DNA from: Candidatus Enterousia sp.
Lineage (GTDB): Bacteria; Pseudomonadota; Alphaproteobacteria; Rs-D84
DNA: 64,000 nt
Reading direction: 5' to 3'
Assembly (NCBI GenBank): GCA_045630455.1
Contig: JAZQTD010000030.1
Coordinates: 127,243 to 191,242, forward strand
Shown here: in pieces, positions 37,871 through 47,293 of the stretch
Position numbering within the stretch: the first letter of the stretch is position 1
How the letters are laid out: each line of letters begins with the position of its first letter
The notes under the pieces: generated by a model
Database searches by the model: none
Seen by the model: the letters and a program-made list of their open reading frames with translations, nothing else
Told to the model about the DNA's origin: nothing
Made by a program: the position numbers and the translations under genes

Positions 37871-39052
37871 TTAGACATCAAAATTGTAGTTCTTGACCGA
37901 TTTTACAATTGCAGCAACCAATTTGTCTTGGTGTGATGATGTTTTAAGTAGTTTTTCTTCGGCAGCATTGGACAAGTGTCCCAATTCCAACAATGCCCCA
38001 GGAACAGTTGAGCGCAACACCGCAAATGGTGCGTGACGTACGTCTGGACCGGGTTGTTGAGCAATTGAATTTTTCTTGAACGCACGAGCGGCTCCGTTGG
38101 CGTATTCTTCACTCATCTCTGCAACAGCGTGTTGTTGCAATGAAGACAACGCAATACGAATATTTTCTTCGAATTCTGTAAAACCTTCTACCCCGATTTT
38201 GTCGGCAGCATTTTCAGCCTCGGCCAGTTTTTTAGCCTCTTCGTCTGAAGCCTTTTCGGAAAGTGTGTAAACCGAAAAACCCTTCATCGCGCGACTGGGG
38301 TTTGCGTTCGCGTGCAAGGATATAAATAAATCAGCCTTTTTCCGTTCTGCAATCGCGGCACGTTCTGCCAATTTTAAATACGTGTCACCGCCGCGCGTCA
38401 AATAGGTCTGAAATCCATTGGCATCCAGTTGAGTCTTTAATTTTTTCGCAACTGATAAAACTACGTCTTTTTCGCGTGTTCCACCCTTACCAATACATCC
38501 AGGATCTTTGCCACCGTGTCCTGCGTCAACAACAACAATGTATTTTTTTGTGGGTGTGGTTGACTTTTTATTTGTCATGGTGGTGGTCGCCGCAGTACCA
38601 GCAGACTGAGATGCCGCACCTGTGCCGGCTACAAAATCCAAGACCAGGCGATAATCATTATCACCATTTGGTTCCAGGATCATAATTTGTGACTTTTGAA
38701 TTTGGGCGATTGATTGATTTAGATTAACAATAATTTGTAGTGTATCCCCAGATTGAGCCTGAACTAGGGATTTTACCAACGTTCCCGATGCTAGTTTCGG
38801 ATTTAAACCTGTATTGGCTGCTGTGTTCGACAATGTCACAACTAATTGGTTTGCTGGATATGACAAAGTATAAGAGGGGCGCGTTGAGGTTTCGATTACC
38901 AAACGCGTTTTTCCACCGGGTTGCATACCGGTGCGCAAAGAACGCAATGAATTACGTGCTGCGAACGCCATACGTGGCAATGCTGTTAGCACCAAGACAC
39001 CCAACCCTGTTGTTTTCAAAACACTGCGACGAGATATTTTCATAAGGAACAT
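37871..39052 (-). CDS. amiC: N-acetylmuramoyl-L-alanine amidase (Amidase_3, AmiC-like), Tat-exported.
   Basis: Twin-arginine signal MKISRRSVLKTTGLGVLVLTALP. Amidase_3 core VVDAGHGGKDPG...ISLHAN. The internal start avoids overlap with the neighbouring gene; the ORF track extends to 39280. Confidence 0.75.
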   Translation of the reverse strand: MFLMKISRRSVLKTTGLGVLVLTALPRMAFAARNSLRSLRTGMQPGGKTRLVIETSTRPSYTLSYPANQLVVTLSNTAANTGLNPKLASGTLVKSLVQAQSGDTLQIIVNLNQSIAQIQKSQIMILEPNGDNDYRLVLDFVAGTGAASQSAGTAATTTMTNKKSTTPTKKYIVVVDAGHGGKDPGCIGKGGTREKDVVLSVAKKLKTQLDANGFQTYLTRGGDTYLKLAERAAIAERKKADLFISLHANANPSRAMKGFSVYTLSEKASDEEAKKLAEAENAADKIGVEGFTEFEENIRIALSSLQQHAVAEMSEEYANGAARAFKKNSIAQQPGPDVRHAPFAVLRSTVPGALLELGHLSNAAEEKLLKTSSHQDKLVAAIVKSVKNYNFDV

Positions 39053-39122
39053 TATATCAAAAAAACACCTGTTATTCAAGCGTATTGATGGGAATAAAAA
39101 TCCCGCACGTGGCGGGCTTCGT

Positions 39123-40364
39123 TTATTTGCTGATGCAGCTGGCGAACGTTTGTGCCAAAAGAGATGTTTCAGACTGAGATAATTGTGCCACAGGAATAGT
39201 ATAGCATCGTGCACTGTCGCGGATAACAAAAACCTTGGTGCCACGTTTGTATGCAGTTTGCATATTATCCATTTGAGCACTTGTTAAAAATGCGTTTTGG
39301 GTCAGTGCGTTATTCGTCAAGCCTGCCTGAACTACTTGGTACGCAGTTGCATAGTCCCATAATTCAGAACGCGATTCGATTTCCATAAAAACAGACTGTG
39401 TTTCATATGGATTTTCAAGCTTTACATTAGTTGTTGGAAAAGCTGTCCCAATCGCCAGTGCAGCGACAGTTTGCAGAGCTGTAGGCTCGTTTGAAGAAGC
39501 AACTGTGCCAGTTGTGTTGATTTGCAAATTATCGCCACATGCTAAATTCATGCGATTTGTATAGCCTGCCAAAACAGCATCAACAGCCGCTTGCCAATCT
39601 GCACCTTTTTCATTCAGATTCAGGCTTACGATTTTTTCAGCCCAGCCCCAAATATTTGCACCTACGTTGCCAGCACTAGCGAAACGCGATACCATTTCAG
39701 CACTGCCCCCAGGAACGCCCGAGCCACAGTAATCTGTCAAATAAGAATTAAGTTTACTAGATGTTTCGTTGCTATATGCAAGTGCAACCGAATGGCATGC
39801 CATTGCTGCTTCTAATTCTTGGCGACGTTGGATACATAAATCAGAATTAGACTTAGATAACAGGGTTGCCATATTTGCCATAGATAAGTAGGACATTAGT
39901 TCCTGTTGCACATAGGATGGGCACAGACGTGCGGCCGTATTCATGCCACCTGGACTGGTGCGAGTGTTCGTGTTATATTGGGGCAATAATACTGAATTGT
40001 CTTTCTGTAGACACAATAATGTATAGTTGTACAATTCGGATTCCGTAGCATATTGACACTTAGATGTGCGCTGACCTGGGACGGTTGTTATATCCCCGCA
40101 ATATTCGGATAAACACGCATAAATCTTTTCGCGACACGCCGTATCAACATCTGGCTGGGTTACCATATAGTATGTATTACGCTGGTTAGCCTTGTACGCG
40201 TTGGCCAACCCTTGGTTGCCACGTGCGCCGTCTGTGCTGGGCGTATACATAGAAACACTGCGCGAATTAGATGCGGAATTTGCAGCATTTACAGTTCCCA
40301 TAGTTGCAGCATTGGCACCAAAACACAGGCTAAACAAGCCAAAATATATTAGAACTTTATTCAT
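39123..40364 (-). CDS. Secreted Cys-rich protein, paralogous to the 25838..28162 product.
   Basis: Signal peptide MNKVLIYFGLFSLCFGANA. Low-complexity N-region. Shared motif DTACREKIYACLSEYC, compare AKCREAYATCMDQFC. Confidence 0.6.
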   Translation of the reverse strand: MNKVLIYFGLFSLCFGANAATMGTVNAANSASNSRSVSMYTPSTDGARGNQGLANAYKANQRNTYYMVTQPDVDTACREKIYACLSEYCGDITTVPGQRTSKCQYATESELYNYTLLCLQKDNSVLLPQYNTNTRTSPGGMNTAARLCPSYVQQELMSYLSMANMATLLSKSNSDLCIQRRQELEAAMACHSVALAYSNETSSKLNSYLTDYCGSGVPGGSAEMVSRFASAGNVGANIWGWAEKIVSLNLNEKGADWQAAVDAVLAGYTNRMNLACGDNLQINTTGTVASSNEPTALQTVAALAIGTAFPTTNVKLENPYETQSVFMEIESRSELWDYATAYQVVQAGLTNNALTQNAFLTSAQMDNMQTAYKRGTKVFVIRDSARCYTIPVAQLSQSETSLLAQTFASCISK

Positions 40365-40481
40365 TAGAATCCCTCTCGATGTTCTGATTGTATCATATTA
40401 TGCAAAAAAACGCAAACATTGTTTTGGATAAAAATCCAAATTTTAATTGATTCAAATAAAATCCGTGCTAGAATCACTACT

Positions 40482-41553
40482 ATGATGATGGTTAACGAAG
40501 TTTTATCGCAAATTTCCGACGACATTTCTGCCGTCAGGGGGTTTCTTTGACCCTGACAAATTACAATCCCAAATAGACGAATTAAACATTCAAGTAAACA
40601 CCCCAAATTTATGGAATAAGCCGGATGTGGCACGTGCAATTTTGCAGAAAAAGTCTAGCTTAGAAAAATCACTGGGGGAATTAAATCATTTGGAATCTGA
40701 ATACAAAAATCTAAGCGAACTGTATCAGATTGCGCCAGATGACGCGGATGTTATCGCGGGCATTGAGTCTTTGGCAGATGCCGCGCATCGCGCAAAATTT
40801 ATTACCCTATTCCGCGAACCAGCCGACAACAATGGTGCGTTTCTTTTTATCCAGGCTGGTGCGGGTGGGACCGAGGCACAAGATTGGGCGCAAATGCTGT
40901 CGCGCATGTATGCGCGCTGGGCGGAACGTCACGGTTTTTCAATAGAAGTCATTGAAGAACACGAAGGTGATACCGCAGGTATAAAGAATGTTACATATCG
41001 TATTTCGGGCGACCGTGCGTATGGATGGCTAAAAAATGAAATCGGCGTTCATCGACTGGTTCGCATTTCACCGTTTAATGCTAATGGCAAACGTCAGACT
41101 AGCTTTGCATCTGTTGACGTATGGCCAGACGTTGATGACGCAATTGAAATTGAAATTAATGACAAAGATTTGCGTATTGATACGTATCGCTCGTCTGGCG
41201 CGGGTGGTCAGCATGTCAATAAAACGGATAGCGCGGTTCGTATTACCCATATTCCGACAAACACTGTTGTAACATGCCAGAATGAACGCAGTCAGATTCA
41301 AAATCGTGAGATGGCGATGAAAATGTTGCGTAGCAAACTGTACGAACTGGAAATGCAAAAGCGCGCCGAAGAAGAAAATGCCGCACTGGCACAACAAAAG
41401 AAAATCGAATGGGGCAGTCAGATAAGAAATTATGTCTTGTATCCGTATCAATTGGTCAAAGATGTGCGTACAGGGGTTGAAAAGACGGATTCTGACGCGG
41501 TTCTGGATGGGGATTTGGACGATTTTATGTTAAGCCTATTGCAGCGTTCATAA
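40482..41553 (+). CDS. prfB: Peptide chain release factor 2, requiring a programmed +1 ribosomal frameshift.
   Basis: Frame 0 reads MMMVNEVLSQISDDISAVRGFL then TGA at 40548. The internal Shine-Dalgarno AGGGGG and CTT TGA C slippery site match the canonical prfB recoding signal. The +1 frame continues DPDKLQ... through SPF and GGQHVNKTDSAVR motifs. Confidence 0.9.
40533..40551 (+). other. prfB +1 programmed frameshift site.
   Basis: gtcAGGGGGtttCTTTGAC; the in-frame UGA sits at 40548-40550. Confidence 0.85.
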
Positions 41554-41606
41554 CCGCTTGACATAGCGAACAATCGGTCTAGAATATACTTCTCAAGGCA
41601 ATCAAT

Positions 41607-42410
41607 ATGGACGCTGATAGTAACTCTAATTTCTTTCATACAGCAATCAAAAGTGGTTTCCCGCATGCGGCGAATATTCGTACACCACGGGGGTGTTTGC
41701 CGCATAAGCCTATTTTTTTAGTAGATACTCGCAAGCGCGGTCCAATAATTTGCAAATTTGTCGATTCTCGTATCGCAGTACGTGACAAGCATCTGTCAGA
41801 AAGACTGGTCGCAAACGGTATGCCTGTGCCAAAAATTCATCTTGGCGGATACTTGGCGCAATTGTACGAAGTATATAACTATAACCCTAAGCATACTTTG
41901 GCAGAACATATAAAAAATCACTTGGATGACGACAAAATTTTTGAAACCTATAAGCAGGTCTTGGATATTCAGGCAAAGCTGGCCGAATCCAGCTTGGACG
42001 ATATTTATCCTTCAACAGGAAAATATTTTCATGAGGTTTATAAGATTTCACAAACAACCGCGCGTCCCAAAGTGCTGTTTGACGCTATTATAAAAGTTAT
42101 ATCATTGTATCGCAATGTGCGCTTGGTGCATTGTGATTTACATCCAGAAAATATTATTTGCAACGATGATGGTAGTTTGAATCAGATAATCGATATTGCT
42201 GGAATCGCGTTGGCATCCGAAGAGTTTGCAATGCTGTCATTGCTTGACAACTTTCCTTTGCCGGATTTATCAGAAGAACTGATGGATTATTATGATAAAA
42301 TCACACATCGTAAATTAGATCGTGAATTTATACGTGCAGGTTTGAAGTTTAGAAGACTGCAAAAAAGAGTACGTAACCATAAAGCGTTTATGACGAATAA
42401 AACTAAATAG
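41607..42410 (+). CDS. Protein-kinase-like fold phosphotransferase (APH / choline-kinase / Kdo-kinase-like).
   Basis: Catalytic loop VHCDLHPENIIC and downstream IIDIAG, a Brenner-type HxDxxxxN...D motif; 267 aa. Confidence 0.45.
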   Translation: MDADSNSNFFHTAIKSGFPHAANIRTPRGCLPHKPIFLVDTRKRGPIICKFVDSRIAVRDKHLSERLVANGMPVPKIHLGGYLAQLYEVYNYNPKHTLAEHIKNHLDDDKIFETYKQVLDIQAKLAESSLDDIYPSTGKYFHEVYKISQTTARPKVLFDAIIKVISLYRNVRLVHCDLHPENIICNDDGSLNQIIDIAGIALASEEFAMLSLLDNFPLPDLSEELMDYYDKITHRKLDREFIRAGLKFRRLQKRVRNHKAFMTNKTK

Positions 42411-42423
42411 CATTTGTGTGGAC

Positions 42424-42452
42424 TTGCAATTTTTTATAAAAATATTTATAAT
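42424..42452 (+). promoter_or_regulatory. Sigma70-type promoter for tRNA-Arg.
   Basis: TTGCAA, 17-nt spacer, TATAAT, about 10 nt before the tRNA 5' end. Confidence 0.5.
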
Positions 42453-42462
42453 GTTGCTTGCT

Positions 42463-42539
42463 GTGCCCATTGCATAATTGGATAATGCGCCACCCTCCGA
42501 AGGTGGAGATTGTGGGTTCGACTCCCGCTGGGCACGCCA
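42463..42539 (+). tRNA. tRNA-Arg (anticodon CCG); CCA is encoded.
   Basis: Acceptor GUGCCCA/UGGGCAC, anticodon loop CUCCGAA, T-arm GUGGGUUCGACUCCCGC. Confidence 0.9.
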
Positions 42540-42544
42540 GATAT

Positions 42545-42576
42545 AGCAAAAACCGCCATTGGCGGTTTTTATAGAA
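42545..42576 (+). terminator. Intrinsic terminator after tRNA-Arg.
   Basis: AAAAACCGCCATTGGCGGTTTTTAT; a near-identical palindrome (CCGCCAATGGCGG) also serves as terminator at 3518. Confidence 0.55.
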
Positions 42577-42635
42577 TTTGAATACTGGAAAATAGTAAAT
42601 TGACATTATGTAGTGTGGGCGGTAAAATGTGTGTT

Positions 42636-42995
42636 ATGAAAAAAATTGTCGCTTTTTTAGTGTTGTTTTGTGCCCTGCCCGATGTGGCGTGCGCATATAT
42701 TGATCGTGATGTCGCCAATGTGCGCGTTATGAACAAGGCAGCTGGCAAGGTTTATGATTTAAATATTTCTGTTGGAAATTCTGCACAGTTTGAAAAACTG
42801 GATATCACTGTACGTGCATGTAAACAAAGCGACCCGTTTGATGCAGAGGATTTCTTTGCATTTTTGGAAATTTCAACAGCAACAGACGGTTTGGTGTTTA
42901 GTAACTGGATGTCACGGAACGAGCCTGGGGTGCGCCCGCTGCAAAATGCAGACTATGATTTATGGTTGGTTAGTTGTGAAAGCGAAGAGAGGTAA
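42636..42995 (+). CDS. Small secreted protein.
   Basis: Signal peptide MKKIVAFLVLFCALPDVACA; start chosen at the internal Met of the 131-aa ORF. Confidence 0.45.
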   Translation: MKKIVAFLVLFCALPDVACAYIDRDVANVRVMNKAAGKVYDLNISVGNSAQFEKLDITVRACKQSDPFDAEDFFAFLEISTATDGLVFSNWMSRNEPGVRPLQNADYDLWLVSCESEER

Positions 42996-42998
42996 TTT

Positions 42999-43397
42999 AT
43001 GAAAATTAGTCAATTAACCGGTTTTATGCTAGGGACTTCAAAGCGCAGAGCAAAAAAAGGCGAAGCGTGGTTACCATTTGATGTAGAAGTTTATGTTTGT
43101 GCCGATATGCCGACTGCTATGAAAATACTTGCAAATTCTCATAGTGGCACAATAGAGCCGAATCCAGTTTGGACAACAATATATCGTGTTAAGGCTGATA
43201 ATATTGATTGTACCAAGATTGAGGGCGCTTTGATATGGACTAATCAGCCCACAAGGCTGATTGTTGATGCACCTGTTTATTATGCTGCATCAAAAGAATT
43301 ATCTGAATCACAGTTATTAAAAAATGCAAAAAAAATTTTGCCACGCATATCGACACTAATGAATAACGCTTTTTATCAAAAGGAGAATGTAAAATGA
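42999..43397 (+). CDS. Hypothetical protein (132 aa).
   Basis: ORF tightly packed with its neighbours and in the same orientation. Confidence 0.4.
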   Translation: MKISQLTGFMLGTSKRRAKKGEAWLPFDVEVYVCADMPTAMKILANSHSGTIEPNPVWTTIYRVKADNIDCTKIEGALIWTNQPTRLIVDAPVYYAASKELSESQLLKNAKKILPRISTLMNNAFYQKENVK

Positions 43398-43699
43398 ATT
43401 TTATGAAAAAATATTTCAAGATTTTTATTGGTGCAGGTGTTTTGGTGCTGGCGTTATTTGTGTTTACAATGTCTTTGCGGTCCAAAGACTTAAGCACGGG
43501 GACGTTAAAGGGCTGGCTGTCTGCAAATAATGACGAGCGCGTGTCCACCGTTCAGACGTTAGTTGGTGGCGATAAAAATATTGATATCATTGTTGCGTGT
43601 GTTGGCAAAATTGCAACATTGCCAGATTCTGGAGAAATGACAATCGCAGATGCGGCACGTTTGTGTAATTTGGGGATGCAATTAAAAGAAAGCCTGTAA
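43394..43699 (+). CDS. Membrane-anchored small protein (101 aa).
   Basis: N-terminal TM IFIGAGVLVLALFVFTM; overlaps the upstream ORF by 4 nt. Confidence 0.4.
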   Translation: MNFMKKYFKIFIGAGVLVLALFVFTMSLRSKDLSTGTLKGWLSANNDERVSTVQTLVGGDKNIDIIVACVGKIATLPDSGEMTIADAARLCNLGMQLKESL

Positions 43700-43705
43700 T
43701 CTAAA

Positions 43706-44392
43706 ATGAAGTGGTTAGTCGCATTGTTTTTACTGACTGGGTGTGTGGGTGTACCAGGAATCCCATCGGGCGAGAACTATCTGGGGGCAAAATATATTCG
43801 AGACCCGTTGGGCGAAGAAAAAGCACCTGACAAAGACCCCTTGATTCGCACAGATGCGTTTGATTGCACTACGTTCGTTGAAACCGTTATGGCGGGTGGC
43901 GATGTAAGTAACCTGAACCAAATTCGATATAAAGATGGCGAAATCGACTTTATGAACCGTAATCATTTTATTGAAACAGACTGGCTAAAAAACAATTCAA
44001 ATCGCGTTGAAAATGTTAGCGCACAATACGGAAAAACCAAAACGCGCAGACTGACAATTGACAAAGCAAAATGGCTAAAAAAAGTCCATAAAATCGATAC
44101 AGATATTGCGCCAGAATTTGTGACACTGGAATATGTGCCATATAAAAATTTAAGTCTGCCAAACAATACAGAAACTATGATTGTTTTGTTCATTAGTGCA
44201 AATTCAAACAGCGCTGATACAATTGGCACGGAACTGGCGGTCACGCATATGGGGTTATTGTTGCCGGGGGGCGAAACATTACGCCACGCGTCTTCGGCGG
44301 CGGGTCATGTGGTTGATGCAGACTTTATGAAATATTCTTCGCGCCGTCGCCAGATGGGCGAAATGGGGGTTGCTTTTATCGCAATAAAATAA
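43706..44392 (+). CDS. Lipoprotein with conserved Cys/His residues, possibly a thiol-hydrolase fold (speculative).
   Basis: Lipobox LLTGC. FDCTTFVE Cys motif and downstream His residues (VTHMG, AGHVVD). Stop lies 2 nt before the tsaD start. Confidence 0.45.
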   Translation: MKWLVALFLLTGCVGVPGIPSGENYLGAKYIRDPLGEEKAPDKDPLIRTDAFDCTTFVETVMAGGDVSNLNQIRYKDGEIDFMNRNHFIETDWLKNNSNRVENVSAQYGKTKTRRLTIDKAKWLKKVHKIDTDIAPEFVTLEYVPYKNLSLPNNTETMIVLFISANSNSADTIGTELAVTHMGLLLPGGETLRHASSAAGHVVDADFMKYSSRRRQMGEMGVAFIAIK

Positions 44393-44393
44393 A

Positions 44394-45518
44394 ATGAGTA
44401 ACGAAAAAATGATTCATATGGATATGGGAACGTTAAAGGGTGATGACAAAACAGATGTGTGCCCCACCCTGTGTCTGGGGATTGAGTCGTCCTGCGACGA
44501 AACGTCTGCGGCGATTGTGGATTCAAATCACAATATCTTGGCGCATATAGTTTACTCTCAAATCCCAGAGCATCAAAAGTATGGTGGCGTTGTGCCAGAA
44601 CTGGCAGCGCGTGCGCATATTTTGGCAATTGATGACGTTATTAGTCAGACTTTGAGCAAAGCCGGCAAAACAATTGATGATATTGATGTTATTGCGGCAA
44701 CGGCGGGTCCGGGGCTGATTGGTGGGGTTTTGGTTGGATGGATGGCGGCGACTGGTATTGCCCAAGCGACAGGCAAACCACTGGTTGCAGTGAATCATTT
44801 GGAGGGGCACGCACTGGTTCCACGTCTGTGTGCAACCACCGCCAACGGTAATAATGGTGCAAGTTCTGTAGAGTTTCCGTATTTATTGATGCTGGCATCG
44901 GGTGGACACTGTCAGATTTTATTGGTACGCGGTGTTGGGCAATATGAATTAATTGGTCAGACCTTGGACGACAGTGCTGGCGAAGCCTTTGACAAGGTTG
45001 CGAAAATGCTGGGGCTGGGGTATCCAGGTGGTCCGGTTGTGGACACACGTGCAAAAAGCGGCGATGCAAAAGCCTTTAAGTTTCCGCGTCCATTGTGCGA
45101 CAAGCCTGGGTGTGACTTTTCGTTCAGTGGCATAAAAACTGCTGCACGAACATTTTTAGACAAGAATCCTGCGCCACACAGTGATGAATTTATAAATGAT
45201 TTTTGCGCATCATTCCAAGCATCTGTGGTGGACTGTATTGTAAACCGTCTGGGCAATGCAATGAATGATGAGCGTGTTATGGTGACGGCACCAAAAACAT
45301 TGGTTGTGGCGGGCGGCGTTGCGAAAAACAGTGCAATTCGTATGGCGTTGGAAAACCTGGCGGCAAAAAACGATATGATTTTTGCTGCACCACCGATGAA
45401 TCTGTGTACAGATAATGGCGCAATGATTGCGTGGGCAGGGATTGAAAATTATCGTGTGGGCAAATTTGTTAAATCACCTATTGCGCCACGTCCACGCTGG
45501 CCATTGACCGAGTTGTAA
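44394..45518 (+). CDS. tsaD: tRNA N6-adenosine threonylcarbamoyltransferase TsaD (Kae1/YgjD family).
   Basis: LGIESSCDETSAAIV start of the conserved core, H..GH metal-binding motifs, 374 aa with a roughly 20-aa N-terminal extension. Confidence 0.85.
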   Translation: MSNEKMIHMDMGTLKGDDKTDVCPTLCLGIESSCDETSAAIVDSNHNILAHIVYSQIPEHQKYGGVVPELAARAHILAIDDVISQTLSKAGKTIDDIDVIAATAGPGLIGGVLVGWMAATGIAQATGKPLVAVNHLEGHALVPRLCATTANGNNGASSVEFPYLLMLASGGHCQILLVRGVGQYELIGQTLDDSAGEAFDKVAKMLGLGYPGGPVVDTRAKSGDAKAFKFPRPLCDKPGCDFSFSGIKTAARTFLDKNPAPHSDEFINDFCASFQASVVDCIVNRLGNAMNDERVMVTAPKTLVVAGGVAKNSAIRMALENLAAKNDMIFAAPPMNLCTDNGAMIAWAGIENYRVGKFVKSPIAPRPRWPLTEL

Positions 45519-45540
45519 AAAAATGGCATAATACCGAAGT

Positions 45541-46002
45541 ATGGGCAATAAACTAAAATCTTATGACAAAGCGACCGAAAACCTGATGCGCCAGGCGATG
45601 AACTTGGACGTCCAGACAGATGGTCGTTTTTCGTTGCCGGAAATGGTTTTTTTGTTGCGAAATGCGTTCAAGCAACATCTTACATATCGCCGTGTTTTTG
45701 CCGAAGATCCAATTGGGGTTAAACGTGGCGACCCATCCGAAGGCTTTTGCCTGGTCAGTAGTTATTATATATACGAGCATACCGGCGGCGACCAAGTGTG
45801 GCGTCTTATGAAATCTCCATTGCATTGGTGGTTGGAACATAAACAGACCGGTGCTGTGTTTGATATTACATATACACAATTTAACGAACCGTTCCCGTAT
45901 TCTGTGGGTACAATTGAACAAAGAATCAAAAAAGACCCTCAGTTCGCAGATGTGTTGCACGCAAAATCTGCAATATTGGGGCGATATGCAGGTATGGAAT
46001 AG
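45541..46002 (+). CDS. Hypothetical protein (153 aa).
   Basis: ORF between tsaD and xseA; no recognised motif. Confidence 0.4.
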   Translation: MGNKLKSYDKATENLMRQAMNLDVQTDGRFSLPEMVFLLRNAFKQHLTYRRVFAEDPIGVKRGDPSEGFCLVSSYYIYEHTGGDQVWRLMKSPLHWWLEHKQTGAVFDITYTQFNEPFPYSVGTIEQRIKKDPQFADVLHAKSAILGRYAGME

Positions 46003-46005
46003 AAT

Positions 46006-47241
46006 ATGCAAAAGCCAGAACCATTTGTAAAACCAGATACAGTGTTTAGCGTAACAGATGCAGCAACACTGTTAAAGGGTGTTGTAGAAACCGCATTTCC
46101 ACGCATTAAAATCCGTGGCGAATTGTCACAGATTACGCGTGCCTCATCTGGGCATATCTATATGACGGTCAAAGATGCCGGTGCGGCAATTTCTGCGATT
46201 ATTTGGCGTGGTACACCCATTGCGTTTAAGCTTGAAGAAGGGATGGAGGTGGTCGTCACTGGTCGCTTTACCACGTATCCGGCACGCAGCAATTATCAAA
46301 TTATTATCAATGAAATTGAAATGGCGGGCGTTGGTGCAATCCTGAAAATGCTAGAAGAGCGCAAACAGAAATTAGCCACCGAGGGACTATTTGACCAGTC
46401 GCGTAAAAAGCCACTGCCCGCGTTGCCGACACGCATTGGTGTAGTCACCAGTCCAACTGGTGCAGCATTCCAAGACATTCAAAACCGTCTGCGTGAACGT
46501 TTCCCTGTTCAAGTTTTACTGTATCCTGCGACTGTCCAAGGCGCAACTGCCGCAGCCGAGGTTGCGGCCGGCATCGAATACTTTAACACAATGAATAATG
46601 TTGATGTGATTATTGTAGCGCGTGGCGGTGGAAGCCTGGAAGATTTACTGCCTTTTTCCGAAGAGATTGTTGTGCGTGCAGCCGCAGCCAGTCGCATTCC
46701 ATTAATTTCGGGGGTTGGACATGAACCGGACTGGATGTTGATTGACTTTGCAGCCGACGTTCGTGCCCCAACACCAACAGGCGCTGCAGAAATGGTTGTG
46801 CCAACAAAATTGGCACTGTTTCAAGAACTGGATAATATGTGGGTGCGATTATCTACTACGTTTATGACACGGTTGACGAATGCAAAACAGCGCATTGAAT
46901 CCATTAATATCAAAAGCCCAAAACAGGTTGTTATGGAACACACCCAGCGACTGGATGACATTGGGCGCACAATGAATATTGTTATTACAAATAAATTAAA
47001 TCTGGCGCACCAGCGTATGGATGTTGTGGCGGGGTTGCCGATGGTTTTGAAAAATCGTATGAATACATTAAACCAAAGTATCGCGCACCTGGGGCAAATG
47101 TTGCAATCGCTGTCGTATAAAAGCGTACTTAGTCGTGGTTATGCAATTGTACGTGATGCGGATAATAAAATTATTAGTCGCACCGATGTGGGTAAGCCTG
47201 CAACCATTGAATTTGCAGATGGAATTGTTTCGCTGACTTGA
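46006..47241 (+). CDS. xseA: Exodeoxyribonuclease VII large subunit.
   Basis: N-terminal OB fold (VKGELSQITRASSGHIYMTVKD) and the catalytic domain with GGGSLEDL motif. Confidence 0.85.
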   Translation: MQKPEPFVKPDTVFSVTDAATLLKGVVETAFPRIKIRGELSQITRASSGHIYMTVKDAGAAISAIIWRGTPIAFKLEEGMEVVVTGRFTTYPARSNYQIIINEIEMAGVGAILKMLEERKQKLATEGLFDQSRKKPLPALPTRIGVVTSPTGAAFQDIQNRLRERFPVQVLLYPATVQGATAAAEVAAGIEYFNTMNNVDVIIVARGGGSLEDLLPFSEEIVVRAAAASRIPLISGVGHEPDWMLIDFAADVRAPTPTGAAEMVVPTKLALFQELDNMWVRLSTTFMTRLTNAKQRIESINIKSPKQVVMEHTQRLDDIGRTMNIVITNKLNLAHQRMDVVAGLPMVLKNRMNTLNQSIAHLGQMLQSLSYKSVLSRGYAIVRDADNKIISRTDVGKPATIEFADGIVSLT

Positions 47242-47266
47242 CATTATAGTGTTTTCGTACTATAAT
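47238..47266 (+). promoter_or_regulatory. Perfect-consensus sigma70 promoter (TTGACA, 17 nt, TATAAT) for the 47294 gene.
   Basis: TTGACAttatagtgttttcgtacTATAAT, overlapping the xseA stop codon. Confidence 0.55.
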
Positions 47267-47293
47267 AATAGTAACAACAAAAAGGATAAATAA

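Noticed and set aside
42403-42606. A 67-aa minus-strand ORF spanning tRNA-Arg.
   Set aside because: It overlaps a clear tRNA gene and its promoter and terminator, so it is spurious.
45541-45560. An N-myristoylation-like MGNKLKS start on the 153-aa protein as a eukaryote-directed signal.
   Set aside because: Position 6 is Lys rather than a small residue, so the consensus is not satisfied. It is too weak to report.
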